Virus record (IMG/VR): IMGVR_UViG_3300028797_000124
Coordinates: 1 to 64,000 of that record
From: a virus
Lineage: Duplodnaviria; Caudoviricetes
Length of the DNA: 64,000 nucleotides
Reading direction: 5' to 3' (one strand)
The position numbers and the translations under genes are program-made. Under the pieces are notes generated by a model. That model was given only the letters and a program-made list of their open reading frames with translations. It was not told the DNA's origin and did no database searches. Shown piece by piece: positions 9,477 through 21,000 of the stretch. Every line of letters begins with the position of its first letter. Position 1 is the first letter of the stretch.

Positions 9477-11774
9477 TTAACGATACTGTTTTAATTGCTG
9501 CAACACCGGCAGTAAGTTTACGAACTCTTCAAACACCCAATCGATATACCAGTCAGGTTTGCTTTCGAATACGTTTGTACCTCTTATCTTTGTCAGAAAT
9601 TCGACTATATCCACAGCTCCACCAAGGTACTGTTCATACTGTGTATAGTATGAATAGATAATGAGAACATATGACAGATTCGGAAGTGAGATCTGCACAG
9701 GGATGTTTCCTATTTGGATTTCCTGAATATCGTCGATCGGACCGATGGTACTGAATCCTCCAGTTGACTTCATTCCGATTCCGATGAACTTGAAGCAGTT
9801 ATGTAAGTTATCTAATTGTGGGAATTTATTGTACTTTGTGAGATCGAGCTCTTTACCGTTGAGCTGACCCATAAGCACAGAATTCTCTTCATACTGAGAT
9901 CCTCTGAAATATGTAGCAACCTTAGCAAATGTTCTAACATCTACTGCAGCAAGGAAATTGTAAGTATCATACTCACCAAACTTGATTGCATTATCAGAGT
10001 AATGTTTCAAGTGTTCCTTATACTGTTTGGTCTTAACAGCCAGATCATACAGAGTTGTTCTACCCGTTGAAACAGCTGTAAGATACTTGGAAGGCTCCTG
10101 CTTGAGAACCCAGGTGTACTGATAACCAACATTGTATACGCCGTCAAGATTAACCCATCTGTGTCTGAGTTTAGTCTGAATCTTATATGGTTTGAGAATG
10201 TCCTTATACTTTTCATCACAATTGATGAGAGCATCTCTAACGCATACATCATTCAGAGGTTCGATGTTGATATAGATGCCATTCTTAAGAATATCAGCAA
10301 CTGTAGCATCGGGATCATCGTTGTATACACGTGCAAGTTCATCACGCTGATTGGGATTATATTCCCCGAGGAAGTCGAGTGCGATGTTGATAAGCTCTTC
10401 ATTTGTAGCACCCGCTTCAGCACGTTTGCACATATCCTGCCAAATACGTTCACTCTGGAATGTCATCTTACCTTCGTATGTTGCAAAGGCAATGATTCTG
10501 TTTGGAACAGCAAGACCGTTTGCAAGCATGTCGATAGGTCTTTCTGTACCAGGAATGGGATTACCGTTCTCGTCATATTCAACCGTTCTGGGCATGAGCT
10601 CGCGCTTAACGATCTTAGCAACAACAGACTTATTGCCGTAGCGTCCGGTAACCTTCTGACCAACTCTTACAGGGGTTGGCTGAAGTACCTTGAACTTCAT
10701 AATTGTATCCGCAATATATTCCTTATCAGCCCACATAGCTTTCGAGAACAGGAACTTCTCAGCCTTGTTATAGATATCAAGCAGAGTAGTATCGTCCTGG
10801 TATGGGTCTGTAATTATCTTGGATATGTAGGAATAGATATCATTGTACCAGTCAGTGATCTGACGAAGATATGAGTTGAACTGTTCATTCTCTACTTCAA
10901 CATTGGTAAGGATATCAATATCCATAATGATACCGTGTGAATACAGGTTCTTGTCATTGATGTGTGGTACGGATGCTTCTGCAACAGACGACACGAAGGA
11001 GTTCTCTCTGATGGAACAGATGATGTCATCCTCAATCCATTCACCTATATTCGGGAATGGTTTGTATCCTCCATTTTTGCCGTATCTGTTTCTGAGATAA
11101 GCATTCTTTCCGATATCAACGATTACTTCATCAACCATGTCAAAGGCCAATACTTCAGCAGCGTAATCAGAGATTACTAAAGCATCCTCTGTAAGATCTG
11201 GAAGAACAGCGTAAGCCATTCTAAGATTTCTACCACCGCAGTAGAGGTCGTTGACATAAGATGATGATTGTGTTATGGGAAGGCCCTCAGGAATAATATC
11301 CCCTTCCCTCTTATTCGAGATGAGATTCTTCATACGGAATCCGTATTTCTCTGTAACACGAACAACAGGTGAAAGGACCTTACAACCGTACTTGCCAGTC
11401 TTCTTATTCAGATAGATATAAGCGACGGGAGAGTATTCGGGATAATCTTTGAACTTTGTGAAGATTCTCTTTATCTCGAGATCTGCTTCCGCAGTTACAT
11501 CCCAAGATGAGAGTTTACCGAATTCATTTTCAGCACCTGAATAGAGCTTTGGGAATTCGGGATGTGTAAGAACAACACGCTGGGTAGCTCCATGCTTTGT
11601 AGCCATACCGGCACGAACTGGGGATATCTTATCAGGAAATCCCAATGCTGAAGCACCAAACATTGCGCGTTTGTCGATTGCCGCACAACGGGTCTGGATA
11701 TCCAGCACATTGTTCATTGGCTTCTTCCGAGACCTTGGACGATCGTACTTGGAAGAGACTTTTTCATTAGCCAT
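9477..11774 (-). CDS. Phage multisubunit RNA polymerase, beta subunit C-terminal part (probably non-virion RNAP)
   Basis: RAGMATKH..QRVVL..PKLYSGAE, TEDALVIS, VGQKVTGRYGNKSVVAKI (cf. GDKMAGRHGNKGVIS), PIDMLANGLAVPNR, KFGEYD. Confidence 0.9.
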   Translation of the reverse strand: MANEKVSSKYDRPRSRKKPMNNVLDIQTRCAAIDKRAMFGASALGFPDKISPVRAGMATKHGATQRVVLTHPEFPKLYSGAENEFGKLSSWDVTAEADLEIKRIFTKFKDYPEYSPVAYIYLNKKTGKYGCKVLSPVVRVTEKYGFRMKNLISNKREGDIIPEGLPITQSSSYVNDLYCGGRNLRMAYAVLPDLTEDALVISDYAAEVLAFDMVDEVIVDIGKNAYLRNRYGKNGGYKPFPNIGEWIEDDIICSIRENSFVSSVAEASVPHINDKNLYSHGIIMDIDILTNVEVENEQFNSYLRQITDWYNDIYSYISKIITDPYQDDTTLLDIYNKAEKFLFSKAMWADKEYIADTIMKFKVLQPTPVRVGQKVTGRYGNKSVVAKIVKRELMPRTVEYDENGNPIPGTERPIDMLANGLAVPNRIIAFATYEGKMTFQSERIWQDMCKRAEAGATNEELINIALDFLGEYNPNQRDELARVYNDDPDATVADILKNGIYINIEPLNDVCVRDALINCDEKYKDILKPYKIQTKLRHRWVNLDGVYNVGYQYTWVLKQEPSKYLTAVSTGRTTLYDLAVKTKQYKEHLKHYSDNAIKFGEYDTYNFLAAVDVRTFAKVATYFRGSQYEENSVLMGQLNGKELDLTKYNKFPQLDNLHNCFKFIGIGMKSTGGFSTIGPIDDIQEIQIGNIPVQISLPNLSYVLIIYSYYTQYEQYLGGAVDIVEFLTKIRGTNVFESKPDWYIDWVFEEFVNLLPVLQQLKQYR

Positions 11775-11824
11775 TCATATCACCTCAGATATTAGATTTC
11801 GATACACTTCGAGTGCATATCATG

Positions 11825-11835
11825 TAAATGATATG
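11825..11835 (-). promoter_or_regulatory. Variant early promoter motif upstream of RNAP beta-C
   Basis: CATATCATTTA on the minus strand, followed by an ATGCAC/GTGTAT stem. Confidence 0.35.
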
Positions 11836-11853
11836 TTTATGGAATATGAAATA

Positions 11854-12720
11854 TTATATTTTCGACAGTACGTCGCGGATATATTTTGCACAAGGAGACT
11901 CCTCGGTGTTGCCATTGTAGATATCTGTCATTGCGAAAGACAATGTGAGATATATTGCAGTCACAACATATACGTCGGACTTAACAACAATATTTGCAAC
12001 AAGTCTGTTGATGATATCAACGACGTCGATATGATCAAAGCCTTCGTGATCTTCATCATAGAATTTCTTCATTCTTGAGAGATCAGGTTTAAAGATAAAC
12101 TCATGTGTCTTTGAACGGACTTTACCCATATTGATATTCTTACTGATAAGGAAATCCTTCAGCTCCTTCTCGCCGATATTGTTAACTGTCCATTCGATGA
12201 CTGGTGTGTAGTTTGAGAATGATTGAATGTGAAGTGTCTCGATTGCCTCAAGATACTTGAATGTCAGCCAGTGAATGAAAGCCTCGTCGATGATCTGTGA
12301 AAGCTTGTCGGGATTGTCCATAACAGCCATTCTCACAGGATGCTCAGGAGGGAATACCTCTTCGATTTTATCATCTCTGATACGGGCATCAATCTGCTTA
12401 TATTCAGGAACTTCCTGATTGATTATGAACATCTTATAACCCTCAGGCATCTGGATTTCTTTATCCGGATCATCTGAATCTTCGTTTATGAGTTTCTGCT
12501 CATTAGGAATAAGACAGTCAATAGGAGATGATACGTTCTTGATATCATCAAGGATTGTCTTGTAATATTCCTTAAATGCATCACGTGTCAGAATCTCAGT
12601 CTTATAAGTATTGAGAAGTCTGATATTCTGGAAGTACACATTTGTCGCCGATATGTTCATTCTATGTGCTTCGTACAGATGAAAGAACTCTTCTCTCTGT
12701 TTACCGATTATATTAAACAT
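11854..12720 (-). CDS. Hypothetical protein
   Basis: 288-aa ORF with SD AGGAGGT. Confidence 0.8.
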   Translation of the reverse strand: MFNIIGKQREEFFHLYEAHRMNISATNVYFQNIRLLNTYKTEILTRDAFKEYYKTILDDIKNVSSPIDCLIPNEQKLINEDSDDPDKEIQMPEGYKMFIINQEVPEYKQIDARIRDDKIEEVFPPEHPVRMAVMDNPDKLSQIIDEAFIHWLTFKYLEAIETLHIQSFSNYTPVIEWTVNNIGEKELKDFLISKNINMGKVRSKTHEFIFKPDLSRMKKFYDEDHEGFDHIDVVDIINRLVANIVVKSDVYVVTAIYLTLSFAMTDIYNGNTEESPCAKYIRDVLSKI

Positions 12721-12858
12721 TGCTACCTCCTATGGGATGCTGGGAATAGTATTCTTCCCGCAAAGTTAAGTAGTTGACTATTAAATATTCTATACCCGAG
12801 GTCGTCAAGACCAAGGAAATATATTCATTGAAATACATAAAGCTCACCGCCTTTTCTT

Positions 12859-13101
12859 TTATGTGAGCCCTTCTACTATTTCTTCGATTGCCGACTCATC
12901 AAAACCAGCTCCCGCCTCTGGATGCGAGGCGGACTGGTTCATCATGTTCTGAGGATTCGACATCTTATTTGCCATTATCTCGCTTTGTCTCTTCTTTGCT
13001 TCAAGCTGTTTTATTCGTTCATCTCGGAGAATATGAACAAATGGAAGCGGCATTTGTCCAAGTGTATCTATGGAAATTAAACCCTTCATCAGAGCAGCCA
13101 T
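12859..13101 (-). CDS. Small protein downstream of baseplate-hub-like gene (possible tail/baseplate assembly partner)
   Basis: 80-aa ORF (LMKGLISIDTLGQMP) directly after the gp26-like gene; no clear SD. Confidence 0.45.
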   Translation of the reverse strand: MAALMKGLISIDTLGQMPLPFVHILRDERIKQLEAKKRQSEIMANKMSNPQNMMNQSASHPEAGAGFDESAIEEIVEGLT

Positions 13102-13112
13102 TTCAAGGATGG

Positions 13113-14936
13113 TTAATCCATCTCTTTCAAGTTTACTTCCATATTGTCGAGTCTCCGAGATACTTGGAAAAGTAAGGTCTGTCCAATATCATTGATCTGG
13201 AGCTTCTCACGTTTCAAGCCGCACTTCGGGCAAACGATGTCTTCGAGATAGAATGATACTGGTGATGTATTAGCTCTTGACTTAGAAATGATCTTGAGGA
13301 GTATAGCAGAGTCTTCAGTATCGAGAGCATTTCTGATAATCTCTTCGATATCTTCCCACTGATCGAACATGTACTCTTTACCGTCTCTAACAATTGACAT
13401 TGAAGTGATGTAGAGAGCATTAGCCGACAAGTAGTCAAACTCAACCATCTTCGGATCTTCAGGATCAAGCTCAGACATATCTCCATCCGGAACATATCTC
13501 TTGTAGAGATCCTGAACGAGATTGAGCTTCTTTGTGATGAAGTCGTAAGCCGACGGTTCAGATATTTCAACGATAATTCCTGTTGAAGGAAGTGTGTATC
13601 TTGTACGCTTGTTAGATACTTCATTGAATATCTTCTGTGCTTCATCTTGAACCTGTGCGTTGTGTACTGCATCATAGTGTGCAGGAATATGATCAGGGTC
13701 GAGATGTACGATTGTACGAGGACGATATTTCAGAGTTCTCTGATAACGACACTTCGGGTTGGGGCATGTGATTGAGAGAGGCTCTTCCTCATCAGCAGTA
13801 GCAACGAGTACAGCCCACATGAGAAGCTCTCTGTCCTGATACTTTGTTTTCTTAAGGAAGTCATCGAAATCCTTGAATGCTCCGATCGAAGGATTCTTAA
13901 GATGTTTATAGATAACACTCCACTTCTTGAGCTCGTCATCGGATCTGTTCTGCGAAGAAGGTGCAACGAGACGAATGAAGTCAAACCAGTTGATCGGTCT
14001 CATGACGCAGCGGTATGCTGATATAGGAAGTGTAACAGGTGTATCGTTGATACCAGGATCATATGTCTGAATAATACCCTTCTGCTGAGTATTGAGAATG
14101 ACATCCATCTTCATATCCTTTTCAGATACCTTGTTAACGATGATATCTATCTTTCTGGATTCAGACATGTTGCGAACAACATCGGAATCAACATTAACTG
14201 TTACGTCACTGCCGTCAGGAACGTTGATTGTGATCTGAGGAATAACCTCAAGCTTTTCGTTAACCTGTACAGGCGGCTTTTCTTCAGCAGCCTTCTGCTC
14301 TTCAGGTGTTGCATATATTGGGTGAGGATTCTTAAGCCATACAGAAGCTCTCTCGCCGCCGGGCATAATCCAGTTGTTGAGGATTATAGCTTCGAACTCG
14401 GGTGTGATTTCATTATCTGTGTGAGTATCAAAATACTCAATGAGATCACCCATAACCTCACGACGACCCTTGACATTGTTCATAAGGTCGGGAAGTTCAG
14501 GTATACCACCTTCTGTGATGTGATACTTAGCAACTACCTTATTGACCATTGTGGTTACAATAGCAACCTTCTCAGTCTGGTAGTTTGCCATATCAGCCAG
14601 TACGTTAGGATCGTGTGAATCCGGAGGCATAAGTGTCTTAACCTCTTCAGCACGTCTTGCAAGAGCTTCATCAGCGGCAGCCTTACGAGCATCAGCCGCA
14701 GCTTTTTCTTCAGCGGCAATCTCAGCTTCCTGATCATCGTCACCATAGTCGATGTCGAGAGGAGCCTGAGGAACTGGAGCTATCTCGGGTTCTGTAGGAA
14801 GAATGATTTTTTCAGGGACAGGCGGAACCGGAACCTGAGGTACTATTGTCTCATCCTTCTTCTCAACAGTCTCACCCTTTGCAGCAGCTTCGTGTTTAGC
14901 AATGAGAGCGTCAAGCGGATCATTAAAATTCGACAT
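13113..14936 (-). CDS. Baseplate hub assembly protein-like (T4 gp26-like C-terminal half) with acidic N-terminal extension
   Basis: Two Zn-ribbon-like motifs ITCPNPKC and VCPKCG, plus YQDRELLMWAVLVAT. Lies in a structural-gene context. Confidence 0.5.
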   Translation of the reverse strand: MSNFNDPLDALIAKHEAAAKGETVEKKDETIVPQVPVPPVPEKIILPTEPEIAPVPQAPLDIDYGDDDQEAEIAAEEKAAADARKAAADEALARRAEEVKTLMPPDSHDPNVLADMANYQTEKVAIVTTMVNKVVAKYHITEGGIPELPDLMNNVKGRREVMGDLIEYFDTHTDNEITPEFEAIILNNWIMPGGERASVWLKNPHPIYATPEEQKAAEEKPPVQVNEKLEVIPQITINVPDGSDVTVNVDSDVVRNMSESRKIDIIVNKVSEKDMKMDVILNTQQKGIIQTYDPGINDTPVTLPISAYRCVMRPINWFDFIRLVAPSSQNRSDDELKKWSVIYKHLKNPSIGAFKDFDDFLKKTKYQDRELLMWAVLVATADEEEPLSITCPNPKCRYQRTLKYRPRTIVHLDPDHIPAHYDAVHNAQVQDEAQKIFNEVSNKRTRYTLPSTGIIVEISEPSAYDFITKKLNLVQDLYKRYVPDGDMSELDPEDPKMVEFDYLSANALYITSMSIVRDGKEYMFDQWEDIEEIIRNALDTEDSAILLKIISKSRANTSPVSFYLEDIVCPKCGLKREKLQINDIGQTLLFQVSRRLDNMEVNLKEMD

Positions 14937-15022
14937 TGTAAATTCTCCTTTACTTTAAATTTTGTAAATATACATTATTTGAGTGATTACTATAGGAAGT
15001 AATCTTATAACAAGCGTTTGTA

Positions 15023-15039
15023 GATAACGCTAAGTTACT
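15023..15039. promoter_or_regulatory. Overlapping divergent AAC-N7-TA motifs (putative late promoters)
   Basis: + strand AAC-GCTAAGT-TA and - strand AAC-TTAGCGT-TA, in a divergent intergenic region. Confidence 0.4.
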
Positions 15040-15060
15040 TTATGAAAGAGGTGATTGATT

Positions 15061-15774
15061 ATGCATGATAAAATGATGTGGTTTAATGAAAAGATACCAT
15101 ACATCTTCCATGCTAATATAGTTGAATGGGATATGGCGAAAGCTTCATTGAGTGTTTGTGAACGATTTGGTTTGCTGGACTCAAAAGAAATCGCACGTAT
15201 GAAAGCATTGCCAAAGTTGGAAAGAGAAGTAGCGATGGGTATGCATCAGCGTGGTAACAAGGAATTCTCTAACCAGCTATTATCTGGTATAAGAGAAATA
15301 CGAAGAAAATTCCTGGAAGCTAACGAATTGGATGAGTCAAATGTGTTATCCCTCCATAATGACGCAATAATATTCAATTCGAGAAAAAGAATAATATCCG
15401 AGATAGATGGTATAAAGTTTCACCATGATAATACATGGGATGCTTATATCAGATATGACCGCGCTGAGATATTCTATAAAGTAGACGAACTTGGAAATGG
15501 TTCTCTCGACTTTAAGAATGTTGGAAAAGATAAAGTCCAAGAGCACACATTTGGTCTCAACAGATATATGACAAAAGTAATAGGATATATTGAGAACTAC
15601 GATAAAGATGTACTCAAGTATATGCGCAAGTTCCAACAGCAATATCTCCAAGACAAACTGCCGGAGTATTATTATTCATCATTTGCAAAGATTGGTGATT
15701 TCAAAACAACAAACTTTGAACTATTTGCATTGATGGCAAATATTGTAATAAGGGAGGTTAACTCATGGAAGTAG
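15061..15774 (+). CDS. Hypothetical protein with possible polymerase palm-like motifs
   Basis: IVEWDMAKASLS and VLSLHNDAIIF place acidic residues as in palm motifs A and C. SD GAGGTG. Confidence 0.4.
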   Translation: MHDKMMWFNEKIPYIFHANIVEWDMAKASLSVCERFGLLDSKEIARMKALPKLEREVAMGMHQRGNKEFSNQLLSGIREIRRKFLEANELDESNVLSLHNDAIIFNSRKRIISEIDGIKFHHDNTWDAYIRYDRAEIFYKVDELGNGSLDFKNVGKDKVQEHTFGLNRYMTKVIGYIENYDKDVLKYMRKFQQQYLQDKLPEYYYSSFAKIGDFKTTNFELFALMANIVIREVNSWK

Positions 15775-16415
15775 ATCCACAGCGATTGTTTCGTTTCAGA
15801 TTCAAATCTCCAGGCATGAGTGATAACATGTCTTATTTCGTATTGACAGATGATGTTGAGAAAATGAGAATGTTTCTGAAACAACACAACTTTGATCCAT
15901 TCAAATCATTCGTCGAGCCGGTGATGTTAAAAGATCATGAAGGTGATTCTGAGTTCATGTTAGAACCATTCATACTCAAATCGAACTATTCTCCGAAATG
16001 GTATACTATCATGTCTAATGAACACATGATATATGAATGTGCAAATCAAGCCGCATCCATCATGTCTAATTCATTGATACTTGGTCCAAACATAATCAGA
16101 GACGATATTCCAATTATGAAAGTGATATCCGAACTGATAAATGAGTTAGATCATACCTATGTGTTAGATCATACTGTTTGTGATTCAGCCACGGGAAAAC
16201 CCTTTTCCTCAGCATATGAACAATACACAAAAGTTGGATATCCATCTGTGGAATATGCAAATACTTTATCTCTCACAGATGAACCTGCAGCGTATGATGA
16301 TTCCGCTTTATATGAATCCATCACAGCTGCAGTCGGTAGAGGATATCCATTACCATTCACTCTGGAAATGTATATATCTTATTTCGCAGAATTGCTAACA
16401 GATACTTACAATTGA
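15765..16415 (+). CDS. Hypothetical protein
   Basis: 216-aa ORF with SD GGAGGT, overlapping the previous stop. Confidence 0.75.
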   Translation: MEVDPQRLFRFRFKSPGMSDNMSYFVLTDDVEKMRMFLKQHNFDPFKSFVEPVMLKDHEGDSEFMLEPFILKSNYSPKWYTIMSNEHMIYECANQAASIMSNSLILGPNIIRDDIPIMKVISELINELDHTYVLDHTVCDSATGKPFSSAYEQYTKVGYPSVEYANTLSLTDEPAAYDDSALYESITAAVGRGYPLPFTLEMYISYFAELLTDTYN

Positions 16416-16429
16416 TAGGAGGTATTGAC

Positions 16430-16825
16430 ATGGCTAAAGAAAAGGATCCAGTGACAAAGGTTGTCGAAGATCATAAACCAAAGAACTTTAAGTTCAAATA
16501 TATCATCAAGGATGATGAGTTACTGAAAGAGCTTGAAGATGCAAAGTATGATATATCATCTCTTGATACTATCAACGATACAGATCTGACGGTAGCTGCA
16601 ATAAACGCGCCGTTTAAAGAGTATCCACGAGAGGTCGTAACATCATCAAAGAAACCAACACAAATTGAAGATGGAGTTTTACTATTCAAACAGATGACAA
16701 CAAAAACGGATAAGAAACTTCTCAATGTATGTGTAGGATTCTTCACACATGATAATCTTAGATATGTCTGCGTCAAGTTCGTTTATGAGCGATTTGACAT
16801 TATTGAAATATTCATTTTAACATAA
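16430..16825 (+). CDS. Hypothetical protein
   Basis: Start MAKEKD behind SD AGGAGGT. Confidence 0.75.
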   Translation: MAKEKDPVTKVVEDHKPKNFKFKYIIKDDELLKELEDAKYDISSLDTINDTDLTVAAINAPFKEYPREVVTSSKKPTQIEDGVLLFKQMTTKTDKKLLNVCVGFFTHDNLRYVCVKFVYERFDIIEIFILT

Positions 16826-16833
16826 TACGAAAC

Positions 16834-16856
16834 GGTGGGGGCGCGAAGCCCCCGCC
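16834..16856. terminator. GC-rich hairpin between convergent genes
   Basis: GGTGGGGGC-GCGAA-GCCCCCGCC. Confidence 0.65.
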
Positions 16857-16909
16857 ATTCCATATTATTTTTAAGAGAGGTGGTATGAACCCTAACGGAT
16901 TCTTTTTTC

Positions 16910-18007
16910 TTACTCGGCCGTAGTTTCATACGGATTAGCGATGCTATGTGTAACACCGCCATCGCCGTAGATCTGAGAGTGGTCAGCAATTGATACGGAC
17001 TTAGCCGCAACACCGTCACGCTGCACAGCCAAAGGATCTGCACGCATAACAGGAGCATTGCCGAGACCAGACTGAACGCCGTCGAGATAAGGACGATCGC
17101 CGCCATTGAACATCTCTGTGTCGATCTTCTCGGAAGAAGCATCCTTGAAGAATGCATCGCCAGCACCAGGATTGAAGTTGAGTGAGTTGCCGAATACAGC
17201 GAACTGCTTAACGTATCTTGCTGCGAGGTCGTTGATGTATGCAGACTGTACATACTGACAGTTGAATACCAACGGCAGCGACTGGATAGAAGATGAACCC
17301 TGTGCGTTAGATGTGAAGATATCGTTACCAACCTTATTTGCAGGAACGCAACCAAGAGCTGCAACTGCACCTTCAACACGAGCACCAGATCTGTCAAGTG
17401 CGATGATAAGGAATTCAGCAACTTCCCAAGCAGGTGATGGCTCAAGTGCCATTTCGGACTGACCGTCTACTGCCTTGAAGATACGCTGAGGAGCCAGTGA
17501 AGTTTCGTCAACTGAACCAGCTACGAGGCCATGGTAAGTTGTCAAACCAGTGATCTGATCTGAGATACCGTCAATCCACATGTTGTGGAAGTTAGCCATA
17601 GGTCTACCAACAAGCTCAGGAACATTGATAGTCAGGGTCTGACCAGCCTGAGTATTCTGTGTGGTAGGAATCGGAATAGATCTACCTGCGAAGCCGCCCT
17701 GGAGCTGTGCATTTGCAAGTGATGCATCACCGATGTTAGGAGTAATACCTGTGTTGTAGTACTCGATGACCTTCTTGTATGTTGAGAACTCCTTGTTGGT
17801 GTAAGCATTGCTGTCACCAGCTGAGAAGTAGTGCATAAGGAAGAAAGGACCACGGTACATAACGCAGATAACTCTGTTGGTTGTTTCGGGGTTGAGACTT
17901 CTGAGAGTATGAATATCAGGAGTCAAGCCGCCGAGCATACCTGTGTACTGGGAGAGATCACCAGTATATTCTCTTATACCAGACTGAAATGATATAGCTT
18001 TTCCCAT
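16910..18007 (-). CDS. Tail tube protein
   Basis: Immediately downstream of the sheath; LTINVPELVGRP..HNMWIDGISD..TGLTTYHG resembles tube proteins of AR9-like phages. Codon usage looks strongly biased, as for highly expressed genes. Confidence 0.7.
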   Translation of the reverse strand: MGKAISFQSGIREYTGDLSQYTGMLGGLTPDIHTLRSLNPETTNRVICVMYRGPFFLMHYFSAGDSNAYTNKEFSTYKKVIEYYNTGITPNIGDASLANAQLQGGFAGRSIPIPTTQNTQAGQTLTINVPELVGRPMANFHNMWIDGISDQITGLTTYHGLVAGSVDETSLAPQRIFKAVDGQSEMALEPSPAWEVAEFLIIALDRSGARVEGAVAALGCVPANKVGNDIFTSNAQGSSSIQSLPLVFNCQYVQSAYINDLAARYVKQFAVFGNSLNFNPGAGDAFFKDASSEKIDTEMFNGGDRPYLDGVQSGLGNAPVMRADPLAVQRDGVAAKSVSIADHSQIYGDGGVTHSIANPYETTAE

Positions 18008-18025
18008 ATATTACCTCTCCTTTCC

Positions 18026-21000
18026 TTAAGAATTACTCTCTCTTCTCTGTACGTTAACAATGATCGGAACTCTCAGGATGAGACCACGGAATGTAACGTT
18101 GCAGTAGCAGATAAGGATATCGCCACCGTCGATATTGATATCACGTACAAATGTGATTTCGAGAGCATCAACCAGATTGCCAACCCAGTTGGAGAAGATG
18201 TTGTTGCACTCATCGGAGAGTGTCTTGATAACAGCGTCATCATTGTACTCGAGCAGATAAGAATCGATCTTATTCTGGAGGAGGTAGGTGAGCTGTGAAA
18301 GTGTACGCATGTTGGATTCCTGGAGAAGGTCTGAAGTATCAGCATCTCTGAGGAGGGTTCTCTGTGAACGACGTGTGAGTGTGCCGTCCTGACCCATGAT
18401 CCATGCGTTACCGCCAGAATTGTAGAGAAGCTCTCTGAGCTCCCAGTCTGTAGTATCAACATCCGGGAAGTAAGATGTGTACTGATCTGCAGAGATTGCA
18501 GAGTACTTACCAACGTAAGGCTTGTTGATAGACAGCTGACGGCAGTGTCTGATGAGATTATCAACGATCTGCTTGGTGAATGTGTAAGACATACCTGTCT
18601 CAACATCAACCCAACCGCCGATATCCCATGAAGCGTTAGGATTATCGAATCTCTTAGCGAATGATGTATTTACAAGCATTGCTGTATTAGCATCAGTAAC
18701 ACCAGAGTCGAGGTGGAGTGAAAGACCAGAGCCAGGTCCAATCGGTCTCTTGTCCTCAGGAATGCCCTGATATACACGATAGATCATGAGATCGTACATT
18801 GCCTGCTTAACATCGATATCCTCATACTTGAGATTGGAAACTGTATCCGGGTGGAAGAGGATCTCTTCCTTCTCATCCTCTGTGAAGATGATAGAAGCAT
18901 TGATGATATCAGTAGGTGTGTATACAAGGTAAGGCAGAATAGTAGAACCAACGATGGTATTGTATCCTGCATCGAAGAGGAACTTAGCTGGGCATCTTGT
19001 AGGTGACTGGATACGAGGATCTATTTCACCCTTGAATGCTCTTACGAGAAGTGCAGAATATCTCCACTTGAACTCGATTTCGCTGATCTCGGTATTATCG
19101 AAGAAACCAGTAGAACCACCGGAGAGCTTCATGCCACCAACCTCAGTAGTTGGATTGATACCGTATGTAGCTGAGTAGTAGTTAGCGGGGATAACTGTAG
19201 GATCGCTCTGAACCTTGAAGAGTGATCCGAGAGAACCAGTGATGGTGTATCTCTTGATCTGAGCAGGTGCAGAGTTCTCATCAACGACCTTGAAGTTAGT
19301 AACCTTGAATGTTGGCTGGAGGCCTTCAATTCTTGGGTCAGTTGTAGAATCACCCTTCTGAGTATTAGGAATGAATACACCCTTCAACTCAATAGGTGTT
19401 TCAGCAGAAGCGTTTCTGAGAATGTTTACGATAGGAGCTTCAACAGCGTTGTTGTAAGAACCAGCCTTGGTAATAGCTATACCTGTAATCTGACCAGTCT
19501 CAGCATTTACGTCTGTGACTGTAACGATTGTCTTACATGCAGCCGTATTAGGAGCATCTTTATACTTAGAAGAATTTTTAGCCCAAGCACTGGAGAACTT
19601 CTTCGTGAAGTATGTATCCTGAGCAAATGCAGGAGCAGATGAAGGAGTAGGATCATACCAGGTTGTGCTTGCGAAAGTTTCACCAGCTGTACCCTTGATG
19701 TACATTCCTGTGTCATCCTGCTTGTAGTGTGCAGTAGCATCGAAGTCGGTATCGTCAGTTACCTGAGTCCATTCTACAATTGGTTCGATAGCCTTTTGTT
19801 CCGTATACTTGTAGAAGTTTACATAGTCAACAGCCCAGTTATCAGGAGCAGCTGTAAGGAAAGGATTCTCCTTTGTAGTAACGGTGTAGTAGCTGATGAA
19901 TGTTTCAGCACCAGTCTGGATAGTGTACTTTTCAGGATCGTTCGCACTGTAAGGTTCGATTACGCTGCCTTCCTGAGACTTAGCATTTGCAGCTATAGCA
20001 ACGTAGAACTGGTCACCTACCTTGTATGAGTAAGTGTTTGTTTCACCGTCAACCTCGATATCACCAACAGTGGTTGAACCATCGATCTCAACACCAGATA
20101 CCTTCCATGTATCGATAGATACATTGTCGTATACCTGAATATCGAACTGAGATCCCATGAGATCATCAGAGAGGTTTACAGTTGTAGGAACTGAACCGAT
20201 TATGCCGTGTGTAGCAGCATCTGTAACAAGAATACGATGAGCAGTGAGATCATCGTTGTCTGCAGATGTTCTGTCATAGTCATTGACATAGATCTTGTTA
20301 AGTGTTACTTCAGGATCACCGCTTGTTTCCTGAACAACTACTGTTGCACCAACACGGTTCCATGCAGCGTCAGGCTGGAATCCTTCCTGAGGAGGATCTG
20401 GAGTAACTGATGTCCACGCGAAGCCCATCGCATTACCAGTGCCGAGAATACCACCGGAGTGAGATTCTCTATCAAGCATCTGATAGAAGAACTTAGGATC
20501 CATGTAGTGGAGTGTAGCAGATCTGATGGTCTGTCCTGTTACTTCGTCAGTGAAGCTTTCAACTTCAACAGTGTACATGTCGAATCCCTGAATAGGATCA
20601 CCTGTAACAGCGTCATATCTTGTAGCAGCAACAACAGCGTTGTCAACTATTGTGTTCTGAGATACGAGTTTGTTTACAGTAGCAGAAGTTGCATTAGCTG
20701 TAGTAGCATCCTTAACATCGGATACGATAGTGGAGATAACTACTGAAGCCTTGCCGCCACCAGTAACGGAAGTACGGAGCTCGGTATAGCCGCTATCCTT
20801 ATCAAGAGGGAATACTCTCGGAATTGTCATTGAAGTAACATTTCCGGTGTACTGGTTGATTGCAGTAACAACTGAGATTCTCGGATTTGTTGTGTTGTTT
20901 GAAGGTGTTGTAAGATACAGATCACCAACATGAACAGTATCACCACCGCGGCTTACACCGTATGTGGATTCAAGAATCTTGTTGTAGAGAACGGTCGGAT

